22,230 nucleotides of DNA from a virus. Its lineage: Duplodnaviria; Heunggongvirae; Uroviricota; Caudoviricetes. Positions 16,082 to 22,230 of this stretch are shown here, piece after piece. Each line of letters starts with the position of its first letter. The stretch's first letter is position 1. The DNA lies in IMG/VR virus record IMGVR_UViG_3300029567_000333, positions 1 to 22,230 of that record, one strand, 5' to 3'. Below the pieces are notes generated by a model. It searched no databases. It saw only the letters and a list, made by a program, of their open reading frames with translations, and was not told the DNA's origin. A program made the position numbers and the translations under genes.

Positions 16082-16449
16082 GGGCTTACCTGCAATACAG
16101 CAATCAGTCGGCACCATGAATCCCACAACTCTATTGGCTCAACAACAAGCCATTGTTCCCCGTTAATCACGAAGATATCTCCGCCCTGCTCCAGTTCTCG
16201 CTGCACACTGAAGTAATTACCATTGACGTAAATCACTTTTGCCAGCCCCTGAATATTCAGTCCATCGACGTGTTGCATGTCGCCGCGACTGATTGGCTGT
16301 AGTTGAATGGTAACGTGCTGGTCAGGGAGATAAGACGGAATCGGCTTGCGACCGGGGCCGATAGTTTCGCCTGCATACTTTTTCAGGATTGCCGGGATAT
16401 TAGGGTTAATGCTTGTGATCGCGTTATTGGCTATCTGTCTGAGATTCAA
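16078..16449 (-). CDS. head-tail joining protein
   Basis: 123 aa ORF in the neck module. Positional call. Confidence 0.4.
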   Translation of the reverse strand: MNLRQIANNAITSINPNIPAILKKYAGETIGPGRKPIPSYLPDQHVTIQLQPISRGDMQHVDGLNIQGLAKVIYVNGNYFSVQRELEQGGDIFVINGEQWLVVEPIELWDSWCRLIAVLQVSP

Positions 16450-16870
16450 TTTCGCTCACCTCATAGCTGACGCTGTCCAGCATGTTTTTGGTATCAATCA
16501 GCGGATTATCAAATCCCTTTCTTGCGATGGTAACTGGTGAAAGTGGCGGAGAATCAAGGGAGCGAATCGACTGCTGTATATCAGCGGCGATAATAGTTCC
16601 CAGCATTGAAAATACTTCTTCAATGTCATCGCCACGCTCAATTAGCAAAGCAGTCTGCTCTTTCCACTCTTCTTCATGCTCTGCGATTGCATTTCTAAAA
16701 AAAGGTCGAGGAGGCTGATTATGAGCCGGATTCCCAAACTCGTTGGTAGCGGCAACCATGGGGACCGGGATTACACCGCCGTAAGTAGCCCCCTCAAGGA
16801 AGCCAACCTTTAGCTGAATGTTGGAAAATTGCTTTTCAACCTCATCCAGCGCATCCATCACCTTATCCAT
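16424..16870 (-). CDS. head-tail joining protein
   Basis: 148 aa ORF in the neck module. Positional call. Confidence 0.4.
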   Translation of the reverse strand: MDKVMDALDEVEKQFSNIQLKVGFLEGATYGGVIPVPMVAATNEFGNPAHNQPPRPFFRNAIAEHEEEWKEQTALLIERGDDIEEVFSMLGTIIAADIQQSIRSLDSPPLSPVTIARKGFDNPLIDTKNMLDSVSYEVSEIESQTDSQ

Positions 16871-17301
16871 CAGTACCTCCGGTAATACCCATTCGGGTAA
16901 TTTGATGGAGAATGCCCGCTTATATACTGGAAGGTGCGAAACGGCGCCGTAGCATTCCAGTAATCAGCCCCGTACTTTGTTTGCATGTACCATGCTGAAT
17001 TTGCTGTTCCCCCTGGCATATCGGCATGAACGCTAACCGAACCCTCTGAAGCACTGTCGATTCTTCCAACCAATCCGGATGGAGACTGCCCATTCGCTCC
17101 TGAATACAAACAGACGATATGGGCAACCAGCATATTCAGCAGCATCGAGCGTACAGCCAAATCCGACACACGACCTGAGTCTGTGTTATCGAGATAAATG
17201 GTTGCTTGCGTGAAATACTGCTGAAGAAGTGCGTCGTCGACAGATGAGAATTCAGGATAGCGTAGCTTAAATGCGGAGGGGTCAAATATTACGACGCCCA
17301 T
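16870..17301 (-). CDS. head-tail connector / head completion protein
   Basis: 143 aa, just after the capsid block. Positional call. Confidence 0.45.
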   Translation of the reverse strand: MGVVIFDPSAFKLRYPEFSSVDDALLQQYFTQATIYLDNTDSGRVSDLAVRSMLLNMLVAHIVCLYSGANGQSPSGLVGRIDSASEGSVSVHADMPGGTANSAWYMQTKYGADYWNATAPFRTFQYISGHSPSNYPNGYYRRY

Positions 17302-17313
17302 TTGCTGCTCCCG

Positions 17314-17661
17314 CTATTTTTCGTCAGCCTTTTTTACGCCCGGAGCCGGATTTTCCGGGTCAAGGCCTTCGAGGCCAGTTTTTGATTCTTTCAGATCTTT
17401 ACCCTGCGCATTCAGACTGCGAATATCTTTCTGAATGAAGATTGCATTGTTCTGAATATACGCGGCATCCTTATAGGTCTCGATGAACTTATCCATGAAG
17501 TCTTTCTCGACCATGGTAACTCCGAAAGCCCCCTCAGGAATTGCACCATCAAGACCACGGAGGGCGGTTGTTGCCGCCCCGTTCAGGATTACTGTTTTGC
17601 CATCCAGAGTTACCTGAAGGCCATTTGGCAATTTGCAGCCAACGCTTACCATTTCTGCCAT
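17314..17661 (-). CDS. small head protein of unknown role
   Basis: 115 aa, directly 3' of the major capsid gene. Confidence 0.4.
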   Translation of the reverse strand: MAEMVSVGCKLPNGLQVTLDGKTVILNGAATTALRGLDGAIPEGAFGVTMVEKDFMDKFIETYKDAAYIQNNAIFIQKDIRSLNAQGKDLKESKTGLEGLDPENPAPGVKKADEK

Positions 17662-17664
17662 GAA

Positions 17665-18705
17665 TTAAACTCCCAACATGCTTGCAAATGCCAGCGGCTG
17701 GCGAATGATTGCGCCCCAGGTGCCACCGGTTTTCTTTTGTTTGTACGCGGACAGGTCAACAACAACCGGATGCGCACGCATTTTTTCGGTAAATGCGCAG
17801 TAGCCGGTGTCCTGACCATCCAAATCGTCGGCGATCAACTGAACCAGTTCGCCGGATTCGGTTTTGTACTCAACAGCAGTAACAACGCGCAGGTTCGGGA
17901 AGTTTTTCTTCAGCTGATCAGACACGTTGACGTTGTACATGTTGGTCTTGGTCAGATTTGCTTCTGACTCTGGACTCATCGCCAGCGTCATCTTGCTGTC
18001 TCGCTCAACGTACCCCTTGGTCTGCTTCACTAACTGCATGTAAAGAGCCTGGATATCGTCATACACCGCCTGACCGTCTTTAGTTGCCCAAGTAGTTCCA
18101 CTGCCAGTACCCGTTGCGCCCGGGGTGATTGATGCCGGAAGGTTAGGGTCATTCAGAATGCCGTAGTTCTTCAGACCAGCAACGCCGAAGAAGTAGGACT
18201 TGTTCTGAAACTTATTCAGGGTCAGCGCAGAAGCAGTATTCAGTTGTTGAGCCCATGCAATGCGGCCTTCACCGTAACGATCAAGCTCCAGTTCACCCCA
18301 CTGAGTAATGGTCTGGTACAGATAGGACTCACGAGCAACCCAGTTGACGTTAGCGTTTACCTGCCCATTATTGTTGTAGTCACCATAACTGGAAACCTGA
18401 CCTGTTGATTCCACAACCGGGAATTGTGCGGTCATGGTGGTCCAGTCTCCCTTCTTCGTTTCCCCCAGAATTTCCACCGCTTTCATCGGAGTGACAAGGA
18501 TGCGAATCAGTTCCGGGTCAACGTAATTAGTGAAGTACCATGGAATGCCAGAGTTACTGGTTGTTACCAGTGAAGGCTGAGAATCCATTGCATAGGAATA
18601 GCTATTAGCAACAGCATCCGTCAGATAGGCTTTGGCTTCCGGAAGGATTACACCGTAATCTCGCTCAGCCATAGCTTTATGTTGTAAAAATTCTGCGTTA
18701 TTCAT
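17665..18705 (-). CDS. major capsid protein
   Basis: 346 aa, following the scaffold/protease and small head protein genes. Size and position are typical of a major head subunit. Confidence 0.65.
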   Translation of the reverse strand: MNNAEFLQHKAMAERDYGVILPEAKAYLTDAVANSYSYAMDSQPSLVTTSNSGIPWYFTNYVDPELIRILVTPMKAVEILGETKKGDWTTMTAQFPVVESTGQVSSYGDYNNNGQVNANVNWVARESYLYQTITQWGELELDRYGEGRIAWAQQLNTASALTLNKFQNKSYFFGVAGLKNYGILNDPNLPASITPGATGTGSGTTWATKDGQAVYDDIQALYMQLVKQTKGYVERDSKMTLAMSPESEANLTKTNMYNVNVSDQLKKNFPNLRVVTAVEYKTESGELVQLIADDLDGQDTGYCAFTEKMRAHPVVVDLSAYKQKKTGGTWGAIIRQPLAFASMLGV

Positions 18706-18708
18706 GTA

Positions 18709-19188
18709 TTAGCTCCAGGTGCCCATCTGAATCAACTCGCCAGCCTCGCCAGCACTGCCAACAACAAATTTTGTTTCAACGTAATCCGAGATTGACGCCC
18801 CGGCATCGCCGGCGGTAATAGTTCCATCTGACAGTTTGGCGAAAATCTTCTGCCCTACGGTTGCCGCACCGGCCGTTTTCACCCAGTAGTCACCAGCAGT
18901 CATCAATGTCATCTGAACTCCAGGCTGAATAGTCATAGATGACTCACCAAGCCATGTGGTGACAGACGCCTGCCCTTCCCGATGAACGAAACCGGCAGGA
19001 GCACCGGTTCCAGTGTTATTGACAACACCATTGCTTACCCATGCAAAGCGACCAACAACAACCCCATTTGCACCGGCAACAAGAGCTCCCTCACCTGCAA
19101 GAAGACTTGCTTTAGGGTTAGCCGAAGCGAAATCGCCCTCAACTCCCGGCGCCTGTTGCTGATTAATTACACTTTGAAAGCCACTCAT
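18709..19188 (-). CDS. small head structural protein (Gly/Ala-rich)
   Basis: 159 aa, between the scaffold-like and capsid genes. Positional call. Confidence 0.4.
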   Translation of the reverse strand: MSGFQSVINQQQAPGVEGDFASANPKASLLAGEGALVAGANGVVVGRFAWVSNGVVNNTGTGAPAGFVHREGQASVTTWLGESSMTIQPGVQMTLMTAGDYWVKTAGAATVGQKIFAKLSDGTITAGDAGASISDYVETKFVVGSAGEAGELIQMGTWS

Positions 19189-19191
19189 TTC

Positions 19192-20418
19192 TTAGCTCCG
19201 TTTCAGTTTAGTTGCGCCAGGAAATGCCTTGGCGAAAGAATTGGTTGCGGCAGCATCCATACCCATACCATGAGATGGTTTGCGAACTACCGCTTTCTGG
19301 CTGATAGCAAATTCAACCATCGATTTAAGTGCTGAAGGATGAACGCCTTTATGTTCAGCACCAATTGAATCAAGAGCAAAGCGATAAATAGACTCTGCGG
19401 AATCCATAGCTACCAGACTCACATCACCAACCAAAGCGCGAACGCATTCTCGAGCCTCATTGGCTTGACGGATACGCCCCATCACATTCTCTTCAGCTTT
19501 TCGAATTAATGCGGCATCCATAGCTGCTTTATTCTCATCATCGTCTTCATCCTCGGCAGTCTTTTTATCCTTGCCGTCATCATCTTCGTCTTCCGCTTCT
19601 TTGCGGTCACGATCGCGATCCTTTCGCTCACGTTCTTCACGCTCTTTTAGTTCATCCTCTTCACGTTTCAGACGCTCTGCTTCTGACTCATTATCTCTCT
19701 CAGCCTGAGTGGCTTCGTCTTCAACAACCTTTTGCACTTTCTTTTCCACTTCTTCTGGCTTCTCATCACTGGCCAGCATCGGCGTGATAACTGCCATCAA
19801 CTTTTTAGTAAGTTCTGACATTGATTTCATTCCTGTTGGTATTGAATCCCCGACAACAACGTCGGATCCGGCTCTTCCCTCTGTTACGAGAGCAACGTGG
19901 TTCCCGACGATATCGCGCATTACACCATCGTATGGCTGGCCTTCATGCACGCCGGGGGTCATGTCAGCTACATATCTGTAGGCCGACGAAAGTTCTTTCT
20001 TCTCGTCTGTCTCGATTCCAGCGATAGAATCTGCGTCCCAGACGACAAGCGAGTTCTTGAGATAAGTCCCGTCAAACTCAGCATCAGTACCAGTAGAACC
20101 AACCACAGCCATCTTCTGAGGGTCTGAAGCAGTAACCGGAATGTGTTCGTTAAGGAGCGGGATGTTGTTGAATGTAGATGCTGCTTTGGCTAACTCTTTC
20201 GGGTCGCGAAGCAGGTAGTAAACTTTGTCAGGCTGTAAACCTAGCGATCTGTAATTAGGAATTTCACGTCCATAATAAGGGCAAACGTTAGCCTTACTGA
20301 TTGGCGTCACTTCGATATGCAAACGCCCATCCTTATCAAAGGAGCGCACCGTTGCCTTGTCGAATGCCAATCCGTGATATCCCCATTGCCAGTCGCCTTT
20401 AACTTTGCGTAATGGCAT
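19192..20418 (-). CDS. putative prohead scaffold/protease
   Basis: 408 aa with a strongly acidic, charged coiled-coil-like stretch ([65 protein letters not shown]) typical of scaffolding domains. Sits between the F-like gene and the capsid gene. Confidence 0.55.
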   Translation of the reverse strand: MPLRKVKGDWQWGYHGLAFDKATVRSFDKDGRLHIEVTPISKANVCPYYGREIPNYRSLGLQPDKVYYLLRDPKELAKAASTFNNIPLLNEHIPVTASDPQKMAVVGSTGTDAEFDGTYLKNSLVVWDADSIAGIETDEKKELSSAYRYVADMTPGVHEGQPYDGVMRDIVGNHVALVTEGRAGSDVVVGDSIPTGMKSMSELTKKLMAVITPMLASDEKPEEVEKKVQKVVEDEATQAERDNESEAERLKREEDELKEREERERKDRDRDRKEAEDEDDDGKDKKTAEDEDDDENKAAMDAALIRKAEENVMGRIRQANEARECVRALVGDVSLVAMDSAESIYRFALDSIGAEHKGVHPSALKSMVEFAISQKAVVRKPSHGMGMDAAATNSFAKAFPGATKLKRS

Positions 20419-20438
20419 GCATTTACCTTTCGGCAGGC

Positions 20439-20461
20439 AATAAAAAAGCCGCAGTAGCGGC
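20439..20461 (-). terminator. terminator-like hairpin inside the head operon
   Basis: GCCGC-agta-GCGGC stem-loop followed on the minus strand by TTTTTTATT, about 20 nt before the AAAGG Shine-Dalgarno and ATG of the scaffold gene. The stem is only 5 bp. Confidence 0.35.
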
Positions 20462-21291
20462 CATTATTTCCTCTTGGACATAGCTATTTTCAGTAGTGCA
20501 ATCATTAAGCAACCAAAAATTAACACTAAGCCCAGAGACCATAAAACCTCAATCATTTTCTATCTACCCCAGGGATAACAGGAGACCACGTACAACGGCA
20601 GTTGATAGCCTCTCCAGGCAGCACCCATTCACCATCGAGATACAGCCCTTTATCGAGGTCGAACTCTTTACCGTCAGCTTTCACATGGGACGGCCTTGGC
20701 TGCTTCCCGGCGTGTGAGTGACGCCAGATTCCTTTGGTGATGCCTAACTTCTTCTGCCGTTCAGACTGAATTACCGCTGTAGCTTTGTTGTTCTGGTCGC
20801 GTGCAATCGTCTCAGCGCGTCTGCGAGTAATGCCATATCGCTTAACCAGTTCATCAGTGAGATAGCCAAGGTCACGACCACGGCTGACAGACTGCATGAC
20901 TATCGTCTCAACCTGTGTGTGATAGTGTTCAGGTATGGATTTAATCAGGTTGACGTTCTCGTTAACGACAGCCTGCATCACGTTCTTAAGCTCGTCATTC
21001 ATTGTGAACTTAACGGTAAATCCGCCAGCCTTTAACGCTGAGTGTAACGAAACGTCGGTGTTGCGCAGTGTCTTATCAACGAAGCGATCAGCCAGTTTCT
21101 TAGCCAGTTCATTGAATTTATGCTCCCACTGCATGCCTAGTCTGGATAATCTGCGCCTTAACTCATTCGCAGGACTGGAATCCATCGCCATGTTGTTTTT
21201 GTATGCGCCCTCAAGCCAGTATCGGTATGACTTATCCATCTCCCTAACCAGTTTAAGAAGCTCAGAGCGATACCACTCATGAACTCCGGCG

Positions 21292-22230
<939 letters not shown>

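Noticed and set aside
19480-19700. Short repetitive GAT/GAA-rich DNA in the scaffold gene
   Set aside because: It simply encodes the acidic Asp/Glu-rich scaffold segment. Not an independent repeat element or CRISPR-like array.

Overview
This window is almost entirely the late (morphogenesis) region of a tailed dsDNA phage or prophage, read on the minus strand from the high-coordinate end. Gene order is: portal (5' end lies beyond 22230), Mu F-like head morphogenesis protein, scaffold/protease-like protein with an acidic segment, small head protein, major capsid, four to five neck/head-tail joining proteins, tail sheath, tail tube, a G/GT-type tail assembly chaperone pair with a TTTTTTA slippery heptamer, tape measure, baseplate proteins (spike-like, W-like, J-like), a tail-collar tail fibre broken by a 20-N assembly gap, and a tail fibre assembly protein. 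The sheath, tube and baseplate set indicates a contractile-tailed (myovirus, Mu-like) particle. All product calls come from reading the translated ORFs, gene order and size; no database search was run. The most interesting part is a roughly 4.4 kb accessory island (about 6878-11238) inserted between the tape measure gene and the baseplate genes. It carries a P22 immI-like module (Mnt-like and Arc-like ribbon-helix-helix repressors plus an Ant-like antirepressor), a second regulator-like gene translationally coupled to a 73-aa ORF, an orphan plus-strand terminator suggesting an antisense RNA, and an AT-rich divergent pair (a 330-aa protein of unknown function and a signal-peptide protein) flanking four copies of a 10-bp near-palindrome ATGC(W)(W)GCAT. 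No rRNA, tRNA, CRISPR array, transposase or integrase was seen.
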